Below, piece by piece: positions 30,172-38,910 of a stretch of DNA of 64,000 bases. A model generated the notes under the pieces. That model was not told the origin of the DNA, made no database searches, and saw only the letters and a program-made list of their open reading frames with translations. The number at the start of each line of letters is the position of its first letter. Position 1 is the stretch's first letter. Origin of the DNA: a bacterium (GTDB lineage: Bacteria; Zhuqueibacterota; Zhuqueibacteria; Residuimicrobiales; Krinioviventaceae); the NCBI GenBank assembly GCA_963693055.1, contig OY843751.1:3296001-3360000 (forward strand). The letters are read 5' to 3'. The translations under genes and the position numbers were made by a program.

Positions 30172-32181
30172 TTATTCCACATAAATGGCATCAAATTTAC
30201 AATTGGCTCTACACTGATCACAGCGTATACATTTATCATCAATAATGTAATGTGCTTTTTTACGTTCGCCCAGAATAGCATTTTCAGGACATTTTCTAGC
30301 ACAAACTGTACAACCGGTACATTTATCTGTATCAATCTTATATGTCAACAGGTCTCTACAAACACCAGCGCGGCATTTACGATCGTACAAGTGTTCTTCG
30401 TATTCTTCACGGAAATAACGTATTGTGCTCAATACGGGGTTCGCGGCAGTTTGTCCCAATCCACACAACGAAGTATTAATGATCACTTCTGACAGACGTT
30501 CAAGGTATACCATACCCTGGAAACGCAGCAGTGAATCTTCGGCAGATTTTTCAGCACGATGGCTTGATGACAAACGTTCCAGAATTTCCAACAACCGCTT
30601 TGTACCCTCACGACAAGGAATACATTTACCACATGATTCAGACTGGATAAAGGTCATAAAGTATTTGGCCAAATCAACCATACAGGTTGTTTCATCCATT
30701 ACCACCAGACCACCGGAACCCATCATGGCGCCAATGCTTTTGAGTGATTCATAATCTACAGGAGTATCGATAACTGAATCCGGTAATGCACCACCAGAAG
30801 GACCACCAATCTGTACAGCCTTGAATTCTTTACCATCAGGAATACCACCACCAATATCAAAAACGATTTCACGCAGTGTAACACCCATGGGAACTTCAAC
30901 CAGACCTACATTTTTCACTTTACCGGAAAGAGCAAAGATCTTGGTACCTTTAGAATTTTCTGTACCAATCTTTGAATACCAGTCTGCACCATTACGCAAG
31001 AGTACCGGTACATTTGCAAAAGTTTCAACGTTATTAATAATGGTTGGTTTACCAAACAATCCTGCATCTGAAGGATATGGTGGTTTAGGACGCGGCATTC
31101 CGCGTTTACCTTCAATTGAATTCAACAATGCGGTTTCTTCACCACAAACAAATGCGCCCGCACCTTTTTTAATTTTCAGGTTAAAGCTAAATCCTGTTCC
31201 CAGAATATTCTCACCCAACAGGCCATAGGCTTTAGCGTCTTTGATCGTTTTTTCAAGTCTAGCAATTGCAAGTGGATATTCAGCACGGCAGTAAACATAA
31301 CCTTCATCTGCACCAATAGCAAAAGCGGCAATAGCCATACCTTCTACCATCAAATGAGGATCACCTTCCATTACCGCACGATCCATAAATGCACCAGGAT
31401 CGCCTTCATCTGCATTACAAACAACATATTTTTTATCGCCTTTTGACTGGGCAGCCAGTTTCCACTTTAAACCTGTTGGAAAACCACCGCCGCCACGACC
31501 ACGAAGTCCGCCGTCTAAAACTTCTTTAACCACTTTTTCGGAATCCATTTGGGTCAAAGCTTTGGTCAAAGCCTGGTAACCACCATTTGAAATATATTGA
31601 TCAATACTTTCCGGATCAATTACACCACAATTGGCTAAAACTACTTTTTTCTGTTTCTTAAAGAATGGAATATCTTCCATTTTATCAACACTTGACCAAT
31701 CACCTGCATGACCATTTTTATCATATACACCCAGTGTTTTTCCTACAATCACTTGTTTATTAATAATGGTCTGTTCCACAATTTCAGGAACATCCTCAAC
31801 TGTAACTTCACAATAACTGATTCTCGGATAATTGGGTAATTTAATATCAACAATAACTTCACGTGCGCAATATCCAACACAACCAGTAGAGATCAGCTTT
31901 GCATTAATATTTTTTTCATTCAATAATGTTTTAAAAGCATCATATATTTTTTGTGCACCATTTGCTAAACCACAGGTACCCATACCCAGCAGGATAACAG
32001 GTTCCTCGTGATTTTCTAAAAGAATTTCATCTTTTAAACTTTTAACTGCCTGCAATTCAGCATCCGAATGGCCATTACTATTGCCATTGGTGCTCAGGCA
32101 TTCTATTAATGATTTCACCGGAAAGTCCTGATCTTTCCATAAATTGGTGAAAAGGTTTTTATATGTATTCATATCAGCCAC
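30172..32181 (-). CDS. hydB: NuoF-like flavin subunit (HydB), full-length bifurcating type
   Basis: N-terminal GMGTCG...GCVGYC domain, DEGDPGAFMDR, GGPSGG, EYEEH...C...C, C-terminal CTGCTVC and CIRCDQC. Probable GTG start 32181 after GAGG (track start 32217). Confidence 0.93.
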   Translation of the reverse strand: MADMNTYKNLFTNLWKDQDFPVKSLIECLSTNGNSNGHSDAELQAVKSLKDEILLENHEEPVILLGMGTCGLANGAQKIYDAFKTLLNEKNINAKLISTGCVGYCAREVIVDIKLPNYPRISYCEVTVEDVPEIVEQTIINKQVIVGKTLGVYDKNGHAGDWSSVDKMEDIPFFKKQKKVVLANCGVIDPESIDQYISNGGYQALTKALTQMDSEKVVKEVLDGGLRGRGGGGFPTGLKWKLAAQSKGDKKYVVCNADEGDPGAFMDRAVMEGDPHLMVEGMAIAAFAIGADEGYVYCRAEYPLAIARLEKTIKDAKAYGLLGENILGTGFSFNLKIKKGAGAFVCGEETALLNSIEGKRGMPRPKPPYPSDAGLFGKPTIINNVETFANVPVLLRNGADWYSKIGTENSKGTKIFALSGKVKNVGLVEVPMGVTLREIVFDIGGGIPDGKEFKAVQIGGPSGGALPDSVIDTPVDYESLKSIGAMMGSGGLVVMDETTCMVDLAKYFMTFIQSESCGKCIPCREGTKRLLEILERLSSSHRAEKSAEDSLLRFQGMVYLERLSEVIINTSLCGLGQTAANPVLSTIRYFREEYEEHLYDRKCRAGVCRDLLTYKIDTDKCTGCTVCARKCPENAILGERKKAHYIIDDKCIRCDQCRANCKFDAIYVE

Positions 32182-32194
32182 AATATCCTCTTTT

Positions 32195-32647
32195 TTATTT
32201 TTGCCGGTATTCTGCAATTAATTTTTGTATTTTTTTAACGGTCAAATGACCATAATATTCATCATTGATTGATATTACCGGGGCTATACTGCATGCGCCA
32301 ATACAAGCAACGGTTTCGATTGAAAATTGTAAATCTTTGGTTGTATCACCAGCTGAAATTTCAAGTTCATTTTCTAATGTTTGTAAAATATCCAAAGAAC
32401 CTTTCACATGACATGCTGTACCACGACAAACGCGAATAATATATTTGCCCAAAGGTTTCAGGCGAAATTGATTATAAAATGTAGCCACACCATAAATCCG
32501 GCTGACAGGCAGCTTGGTATGAGTTGCTACTTTATTCATCTCTTCTTCAGACAAGTATCCCTGAACTTCCTGAATATCCTGTAAAATAGGAATCAGGACT
32601 GATGGATCACCCGGAGGATACTTTTCAAAAATCTGTTGCGTCTCCAT
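32195..32647 (-). CDS. hydC: NuoE-like 2Fe-2S subunit (HydC), copy 2
   Basis: YGVATFYNQF, CRGTACHVKG, CIGACSIAP. Confidence 0.93.
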   Translation of the reverse strand: METQQIFEKYPPGDPSVLIPILQDIQEVQGYLSEEEMNKVATHTKLPVSRIYGVATFYNQFRLKPLGKYIIRVCRGTACHVKGSLDILQTLENELEISAGDTTKDLQFSIETVACIGACSIAPVISINDEYYGHLTVKKIQKLIAEYRQK

Positions 32648-32673
32648 TAAAAAACCTCTCCATTAGTGTGTTT

Positions 32674-34143
32674 TTATTTAATATTTTCTTCTATTACCGG
32701 CAAGACAACTGTAAAAGTGGAACCGTTGACCAGGTCACTGTCTATTTCAATATACCCATTATGGTCTTCAATAATACGTTTGGCAATTGAAAGGCCCAGG
32801 CCTGTACCGGAAATACGTTGAGACACTGCATTCTTGGCACGGTAAAACTCGTCAAAGATCTTGTGTTTATCTTCTTCAGACATGCCAATACCAGTGTCTT
32901 TAACAATAACATTGATTTTATTTTTTTCTACTGTTACCTGTACATGAACACTCTTGTGCTCGGGTGTATATTTTATTGCATTACTAACCAGATTATCAAA
33001 AACTCTGCCCATATCTTCTTCGTTACCACGTATCGCGGGCAATTGATCAGGAATATCGCAAGCAAAGTTTATATCTTTGGCCTTTGCTTCGTTTTTATAA
33101 AACTCACAAGTACCACGAAGCACTGAAGAGATATCAAGAGCAGACATGACCTTTGCTGTTACTTTTTTCTCGGCACGGGTCAGATCCAAAAGATCGTTTA
33201 CCATGGCCAACAGTTCATTTGCCCGATCTCGAGACTTTGTAATATAATCTTTTTCTTTTTCAGGATTCCCTGTGATAACGCCTTCCAAAATCAAATTCAA
33301 ATAACCTTCAATAGCGCCTAAAGGTGCCTTGAGTTCATGAGCAACAAGACTGAGAAAATCTGTTTTCATCTGGTCAATCTTTTTCTCTTCAGAGACATCA
33401 ATTAAAACCGTCACGGTTCCAATCAATGCGCCATTTTCATCAATTACAGGAGTAATATTAGGCTGAAGGACCCTGCCATTACCCAGGTTTACTTCAAATT
33501 TTTCAAGAATTTCACAAGAAGTAACTTTGCTCAATGCATTTGCAATTTTCTTTTCAAGATCAGGATTACTCAACAATCCCAATACATTTTTGCCAAACAC
33601 ATCTCCATCCTTTAAGCGCAGCATTTTAAGAGCCGCAGGATTTATGAGCAAGATCTGCCCTTCTTTATTGGTAGCAATTACACCTTCACTCATGCAATTG
33701 ATAATGGTGTTGGTGCGTGTTTTCTCAATGATATGTTCTGCACGCAGCTTTTCCGCTTCTAACAAAAGTCTGCGTTTTTCGAGCGCGCGTTCAATTTTGG
33801 CTCTGAATTCATCGGGAGTAAAAGGTTTGGCCAAATAATCGTAAGCACCTTTTTTTACAGCATCTACCGCGTTTTCGATGGTTGCATAGCCTGTAATAAC
33901 AATAGGAACAATCTTTTCATCGATCTTGCGAATTTCTTCAAGAAACTGCATACCATCCATACGGGGCATCATCAGGTCAGTGACAACAAGATCATAGTTG
34001 TTGTTGCGGATTTTTTCAAGTCCTTCCATTCCATCTTCAGCAAGGTCAACCTCGTATTTGGAAAGTTCAAGAATCCGTTCGCAACCAATGCGGCTTACTT
34101 CGTCATCATCAACAACAAGAACTTTAATGTTTTCAAGGGTCAT
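32674..34143 (-). CDS. Cytoplasmic REC-PAS-histidine kinase (paralogue of 24136-25614)
   Basis: VLVVDDD...TDLMMP...KP, PAS (MSEGVIATN), AHELKAPL, SNAIKY, GTGLGL. Confidence 0.9.
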   Translation of the reverse strand: MTLENIKVLVVDDDEVSRIGCERILELSKYEVDLAEDGMEGLEKIRNNNYDLVVTDLMMPRMDGMQFLEEIRKIDEKIVPIVITGYATIENAVDAVKKGAYDYLAKPFTPDEFRAKIERALEKRRLLLEAEKLRAEHIIEKTRTNTIINCMSEGVIATNKEGQILLINPAALKMLRLKDGDVFGKNVLGLLSNPDLEKKIANALSKVTSCEILEKFEVNLGNGRVLQPNITPVIDENGALIGTVTVLIDVSEEKKIDQMKTDFLSLVAHELKAPLGAIEGYLNLILEGVITGNPEKEKDYITKSRDRANELLAMVNDLLDLTRAEKKVTAKVMSALDISSVLRGTCEFYKNEAKAKDINFACDIPDQLPAIRGNEEDMGRVFDNLVSNAIKYTPEHKSVHVQVTVEKNKINVIVKDTGIGMSEEDKHKIFDEFYRAKNAVSQRISGTGLGLSIAKRIIEDHNGYIEIDSDLVNGSTFTVVLPVIEENIK

Positions 34144-34538
34144 GCTTGATCCTGACTTAATAATTTCTCAACCCGTTCAATCAATTCAGATGGTTTGAGC
34201 GGTTTAGCTGCAAAATCATCAACTTTCATCCATTCTTTGTCATTTGAAAGTTGAAAGGTAAAGCCTGTTTTTTCCTGGGCAGAAGAAAGCATTAAAATGG
34301 GCATATGCTTCATATTCTCATCTTCCCTTACTGCATATGCAACAGTAAACCCGGCGTCACGTTCTTCCATCATCAAGTCCAGGACCAGCAGGTCATACTG
34401 GTTTTCACGGAGTTTCTTCAATGCATCAGATGACGTATATGCTTCTTCAACCGTATACCCTTTTGATTCCAGAATCGTTTTGTTGATCTCGATAAAATCC
34501 GGATCATCATCTGCCAGTAAAATTTTAATATCTTTCAT
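34140..34538 (-). CDS. Single-domain response regulator
   Basis: ILLADDD, LDLMME, AAKP. Probable start ATG 34538. Confidence 0.88.
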   Translation of the reverse strand: MKDIKILLADDDPDFIEINKTILESKGYTVEEAYTSSDALKKLRENQYDLLVLDLMMEERDAGFTVAYAVREDENMKHMPILMLSSAQEKTGFTFQLSNDKEWMKVDDFAAKPLKPSELIERVEKLLSQDQA

Positions 34539-34572
34539 ATTCTCTCCTGTTTTCAAGAAAACAGACTATTAT

Positions 34573-34944
34573 TTAAATACGGTTTACATCCAGCGCTGAC
34601 TGAATGGCCGTTGTTAAATCATTTATACCAAAAGAGTTCAAATGGTAATAGAAAACTTGTTCTTTACGGATAGCTGTTTCCAGATCTCTGGAATTGGAAC
34701 GAGATTGAACAATAATCCGTGATGCTGGCGAACTCCCTTTTAAAATGCGGAGTGTTTGATTTATTTGAATATCTTCCAATCCCGCATCTATGATAATTAC
34801 ATCAAAATGGTGTTCTTGAGCCTGTTGAATACCTGCAAACGGATCATTAACGATCTTGTAGTTTACTTTTTTAGATTCCAGAAAAAGTTCAAGATCGCGG
34901 TTAGCTTCGTTTACAGATGTTGATATTAACAGACAATTCATCAC
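34573..34944 (-). CDS. Atypical (pseudo)receiver-domain protein
   Basis: Receiver-like pattern (FDVIIID...RIIVQS...VFYY) without the acidic DD pair or the conserved Lys-Pro. Confidence 0.65.
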   Translation of the reverse strand: MMNCLLISTSVNEANRDLELFLESKKVNYKIVNDPFAGIQQAQEHHFDVIIIDAGLEDIQINQTLRILKGSSPASRIIVQSRSNSRDLETAIRKEQVFYYHLNSFGINDLTTAIQSALDVNRI

Positions 34945-34978
34945 AATACCAATAATTAATATTATTCATCTGTTTACT

Positions 34979-34994
34979 ATCAATTTGCGTGCCA
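34979..34994 (-). promoter_or_regulatory. Putative sigma54 -24/-12 promoter
   Basis: TGGCACGCAAATTGAT versus consensus TGGCACG-N4-TTGCW (GA instead of GC at -12), 35 bp upstream of the first gene of the island. Confidence 0.7.
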
Positions 34995-35110
34995 CAGATT
35001 CAAGTCAAAAACCGCAACCACAAACATAACACAAGTCATTTAAAAACAGTAAATTAACAACACTAGCGCAGTAATGTAATAAATGGATTATATCATTTAT
35101 GAGAGAGTTA

Positions 35111-35131
35111 AGTGTGGAATTTCTCCACACT
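35111..35131. promoter_or_regulatory. Putative enhancer (UAS) palindrome for the adjacent sigma54 activator
   Basis: AGTGTGGA-ATTTC-TCCACACT, about 120 bp upstream of the -24 element; no T-tract. Confidence 0.55.
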
Positions 35132-36449
35132 ACAAATCGTACTTGCGGATCTTGTCGTAAAGGGTTTTTCGATCAATTTGAAGGGCTTTGGCACTCTTAC
35201 TAATGTTTCCCTGAAACTTTTCAAGAATGTTATGGATGTGTCTCTTTTCCATATCAGCGAGTGATATAGCATCTGTTTCAGACAAGGTTGTAGAGTGAAT
35301 ATGAGCAGGCAAACTGGATTCATGAATAACCAGAGATTCTTCAATTACAATTGCACGTTCTATAACATTTTCCAGCTCTCGTATATTACCAGGCCAATGG
35401 TACCCCATTAACGCATTTAACGCATTGTCAGAAACAGATTGTATATCATTTCCCCGCCGTTTATGATTATGCTTTTGGATAAAATGCTCTATTAACAATG
35501 GTATATCGTCTTTACGTTCACGTAAAGGTGGTAAATGAATAGGAATAACACTAATTCTGTAATACAAATCTTCTCGAAACGTGCCCTTATCAACAGAATC
35601 TTTAAGATCACGGTTGGTAGCAGCAATAATACGCACATCCACTTTGATGGATTGGGTATCTCCTACCCTACGGATCTCTTTTTCCTGTATTGCTCGCAAA
35701 ATCTTGGCCTGCACATTTAAAGAAATATTGCCAATCTCATCAAAAAAGAAAGTTCCCTTGTTTGCAAGCTCAAATGCGCCATGCTTTGTAGTATGCGCAC
35801 CCGTAAAGGATCCTTTAGCATGCCCAAACAACTCGCTCTCAAAAAGTGATTCCACAAGTGAACCGCAATCCATTGCGAAAAAGGGTTTATTTGTGCGCAA
35901 ACTGGCAGCATGTATAGCCCGGGCTATCATCTCTTTTCCTGTACCACTCTCACCCAATACCAGAACTGTGCTTTCAGTGGGTGCAATTTTATCGATCATT
36001 TCAAATATGTGACGCATTTGCTGCGAATGGCCAATAATTCGCATCGGTTTTCCATCAAAATCAAACTCATAATACCCATTTTGGTCAGATTTACGGCTTT
36101 CCATGATTTGATGAACCAGCTCCAACGCCTGATCTGGCTGAAAAGGCTTGGACAAATAATCAAAGGCACCAATACGTCCTGCCTCTACAGCAGTCTCCAG
36201 AGAAGCATGCCCCGTAATAATAATGACTTCAAGTGCAGGATTATCTTTTTTCAATTCCTTAAGCAGCTCTATACCGTTCATGCCCGGTAGTTGATAATCT
36301 ACAAACGCAACATCATAATTCTTTTTATGAATCTGCTCTAAAGCGTTTGTTGCATTTTCACAAACATCAACACTCAAACCCTTGTCTTTAAAGTAAAGAG
36401 CAAAAGCATCACGAAACGAGAGATTGTCATCAATTAGCAAAATATTCAA
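35130..36449 (-). CDS. Sigma54-dependent NtrC-family response regulator (REC-AAA+-Fis HTH)
   Basis: GESGTGKE, ESELFGHAKGSFTGA, FFDEIG, FREDLYYR, WPGNIRELEN, C-terminal HTH. Confidence 0.93.
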   Translation of the reverse strand: MNILLIDDNLSFRDAFALYFKDKGLSVDVCENATNALEQIHKKNYDVAFVDYQLPGMNGIELLKELKKDNPALEVIIITGHASLETAVEAGRIGAFDYLSKPFQPDQALELVHQIMESRKSDQNGYYEFDFDGKPMRIIGHSQQMRHIFEMIDKIAPTESTVLVLGESGTGKEMIARAIHAASLRTNKPFFAMDCGSLVESLFESELFGHAKGSFTGAHTTKHGAFELANKGTFFFDEIGNISLNVQAKILRAIQEKEIRRVGDTQSIKVDVRIIAATNRDLKDSVDKGTFREDLYYRISVIPIHLPPLRERKDDIPLLIEHFIQKHNHKRRGNDIQSVSDNALNALMGYHWPGNIRELENVIERAIVIEESLVIHESSLPAHIHSTTLSETDAISLADMEKRHIHNILEKFQGNISKSAKALQIDRKTLYDKIRKYDL

Positions 36450-36566
36450 AATTCAATTCTTTCTTTTAAGAAAGGAATATAATCAGAAAAAATGAATAAT
36501 GAAATAATTGATTTTTGTAAGAAACTGTAAAAAATTTTAAAATGCTGATTGTTAAATGATTTTAAC

Positions 36567-36595
36567 TTGACATTAGGGTTTGTTTTAATTATAAT
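36567..36595 (+). promoter_or_regulatory. Consensus sigma70 promoter
   Basis: TTGACA-17 bp-TATAAT upstream of 36649 and an AAGGAG RBS. Confidence 0.75.
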
Positions 36596-36648
36596 TACTA
36601 TTAGTTTTTTAAACATTCGGCCATCGAGGAAAAGGAGTTAAAAACATT

Positions 36649-37017
36649 ATGGCAAGTATATTAGTCATAGATGATGAAGAAGAGGTTCGTGATATAATCA
36701 AACAAATCCTTGAACATGCGGGATACACAGTTTATACTGCGGGTGATGGTAATCAGGGAATTAAGACCTATCGTGAAAACCCGACAGATATAGTCATAAC
36801 CGATATCATCATGCCAGACAAGGAAGGTATAGAAACCATAATTGAATTAAAAACCGAATTCCCCGAAGTAAAAATTATTGCTATTTCGGGTGGTGGACGT
36901 GTGGGGCCGATGGATTATCTTAAAATGTCGCAAAAGCTGGGTGCGGTTAAAAGTTTTACCAAGCCCTTTCAACGCCAGGAGCTACTGGACGCAGTGAGTG
37001 AATTATTAGATAACTAG
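36649..37017 (+). CDS. Single-domain response regulator
   Basis: ILVIDDE, TDIIMPDKEG, IAISGGG, FTKP. Confidence 0.9.
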   Translation: MASILVIDDEEEVRDIIKQILEHAGYTVYTAGDGNQGIKTYRENPTDIVITDIIMPDKEGIETIIELKTEFPEVKIIAISGGGRVGPMDYLKMSQKLGAVKSFTKPFQRQELLDAVSELLDN

Positions 37018-37062
37018 GCTTAATTTGCCCACGTTTTTATTCATAACAAAAAGGAGCGAACT

Positions 37063-38460
37063 ATGTTGAAAAACACAATTTTAATTGGATTGTGTATTTC
37101 CGTATGTGTATTCATGTTTTCTTGTACAACTCAAGAGGATACAGCTATGAAATTTACAGGCGCCAAGGGTGAAGTTACTATAATGACTTTGGATCCGGGT
37201 CACTTTCATGCCGCATTGGTCCAAAAAACCATGATTGACCAGATCTCACCGGACGTTTATATATATGCACCAGATGGTCCGGATGTTGAAGACCATATCA
37301 AACGTATGGAAGGTTTTAACAATCGTGCAGAGAATCCCACCAGTTGGAATCTACATGTATATAAAGGTGATGATTTTCTGGATAAAATGATTGCCGAAAA
37401 ACCCGGTAATGTTATGATGACCGCCGGTAATAACAAGAAAAAAACCGAATATATCAAAGCAACTGTTGATGCAGGAATCAATGTACTGGCTGATAAACCC
37501 ATGTGTATTGATAAAAAAGGTTTCGAGTTGTTAAAAGAAGCTTTTGCTTCTGCTGAAGCTAATAATGTTCTGCTTTATGATGTGATGACAGAACGTCATG
37601 AAATTACAACCATATTGCAGCGCGAACTTTCTCTGATTCCCGAAGTATTTGGTGAATTGGAAAAAGGAACCCCTGACAATCCTGCAGTTACAAAAGAAAG
37701 TGTTCACCACTTTTTCAAATATGTTTCCGGCAATCCCATTAAACGTCCGGTTTGGTATTTTGATACTACCCAACAAGGCGAAGGTATTGTTGATGTAAAC
37801 ACTCACCTGGTAGATTTGATTCAATGGGAATGTTTCCCCGAACAGATCATCAACTATGAGACTGATATTGAGATGCTGCAGGCAAACCGCTGGCCAACCA
37901 TGATCAGCAAAGCCCAGTTTGAAAAAGTTACCCGTGAACCTGAATTTCCTGATTTTCTGAAAAAGAATATCAATAAAAAAGGCGAACTGGAAGTTTATGG
38001 TAATGGTGACATGATTTACAAAATCAATGGCATTCACGCCAAAGTATCTGTTATCTGGAACTATCAGGCACCTGAAGGCGCTGGTGACACTCATTACTCT
38101 ATTATGCGTGGAACCAAAGCCAATGTAATCATCAAACAAGGTGTAGATGAAAAATACAAACCTGAATTGTATGTAGAACATCCGCAAGGCAAAAGCACCA
38201 AAGAACTGGATGATGCAATAATGGCTGCTATTCACAATCTTCAGGATAAATATCCTGGTATTGATCTTGAAAAACAGAAAAAACGCTGGCACATTATTAT
38301 TCCTGACAAGTACCGTGTAGGCCACGAAGCACACTTTGGTCAGGTAACCCAGAAATATCTGCAATACCTGGTTGACGGTAAACTCCCCGATTGGGAAGTT
38401 CCAAACATGATCTCCAAGTACTATACTACTACTACTGCTTTAGAGATGGCGTCAAAATAA
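37063..38460 (+). CDS. Putative lipoprotein oxidoreductase (Gfo/Idh/MocA-like)
   Basis: Lipobox FMFSC, LDPGHFHAALVQK, NVLADKP, HLVDL, GHEAHF. Confidence 0.7.
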   Translation: MLKNTILIGLCISVCVFMFSCTTQEDTAMKFTGAKGEVTIMTLDPGHFHAALVQKTMIDQISPDVYIYAPDGPDVEDHIKRMEGFNNRAENPTSWNLHVYKGDDFLDKMIAEKPGNVMMTAGNNKKKTEYIKATVDAGINVLADKPMCIDKKGFELLKEAFASAEANNVLLYDVMTERHEITTILQRELSLIPEVFGELEKGTPDNPAVTKESVHHFFKYVSGNPIKRPVWYFDTTQQGEGIVDVNTHLVDLIQWECFPEQIINYETDIEMLQANRWPTMISKAQFEKVTREPEFPDFLKKNINKKGELEVYGNGDMIYKINGIHAKVSVIWNYQAPEGAGDTHYSIMRGTKANVIIKQGVDEKYKPELYVEHPQGKSTKELDDAIMAAIHNLQDKYPGIDLEKQKKRWHIIIPDKYRVGHEAHFGQVTQKYLQYLVDGKLPDWEVPNMISKYYTTTTALEMASK

Positions 38461-38486
38461 GAACAAACAAGCATTTATTCTTATAC

Positions 38487-38521
38487 AGCCCCTTACATTT
38501 ATTTGTATGGGGCTTTTTTTT
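38487..38521 (+). terminator. Rho-independent terminator
   Basis: AGCCCCTTACA...TGTATGGGGCT followed by a T-run. Confidence 0.8.
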
Positions 38522-38910
38522 AACCTTGATTTAACCAGAATTACAAGATTAACATGATTTCCTTGATTAACCACCAAAAGGCATTTTTGAGTCCTGATCA
38601 ATAGTTTACGGATTGGGATGAATTGGAGGGTCGATAATAGTCTGAATTATGATTATCAGGATTGTTATAATTATAGGATATGAAAAATGAAAAACATTAA
38701 TCCTCACAAACTTATAATCGAATGCACCCAAATTCAAACAAAAAAATTGAAGCATTTTTCCACTGAATGATAGGGCCTCAAGCCATCCTCTAAAAAACCT
38801 GCAACAATAAATTACTTGGAATCGTCAATTATAAATATATTTTATATATCACACACAGTTTTATTCATTACTGAAAATTAAACATTCCGAATCCAATTAA
38901 GGAGGCGTTT

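Noticed and set aside
17927-32647. Complex I nuoEFG or formate dehydrogenase
   Set aside because: Both large subunits have intact H-cluster motifs, and there are no membrane nuo genes or molybdopterin domains.
35111-35131. Terminator of the sigma54 activator gene
   Set aside because: It overlaps the stop codon and has no U-tract; an enhancer reading fits better but is unproven.
17927-36449. Absence of hydEFG maturases as a novelty
   Set aside because: Maturases are often encoded elsewhere; this cannot be judged from one window.
36525-36568. Rex-like palindromes (e.g. GTTAAATGATTTTAAC) in the divergent promoter region
   Set aside because: Wrong spacing or too many mismatches in very AT-rich DNA; cannot be told from chance.
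37531-38364. 277-aa antisense ORF
   Set aside because: It lies entirely opposite the oxidoreductase gene, is Phe/Ile-rich and has no motifs; a codon-bias shadow.
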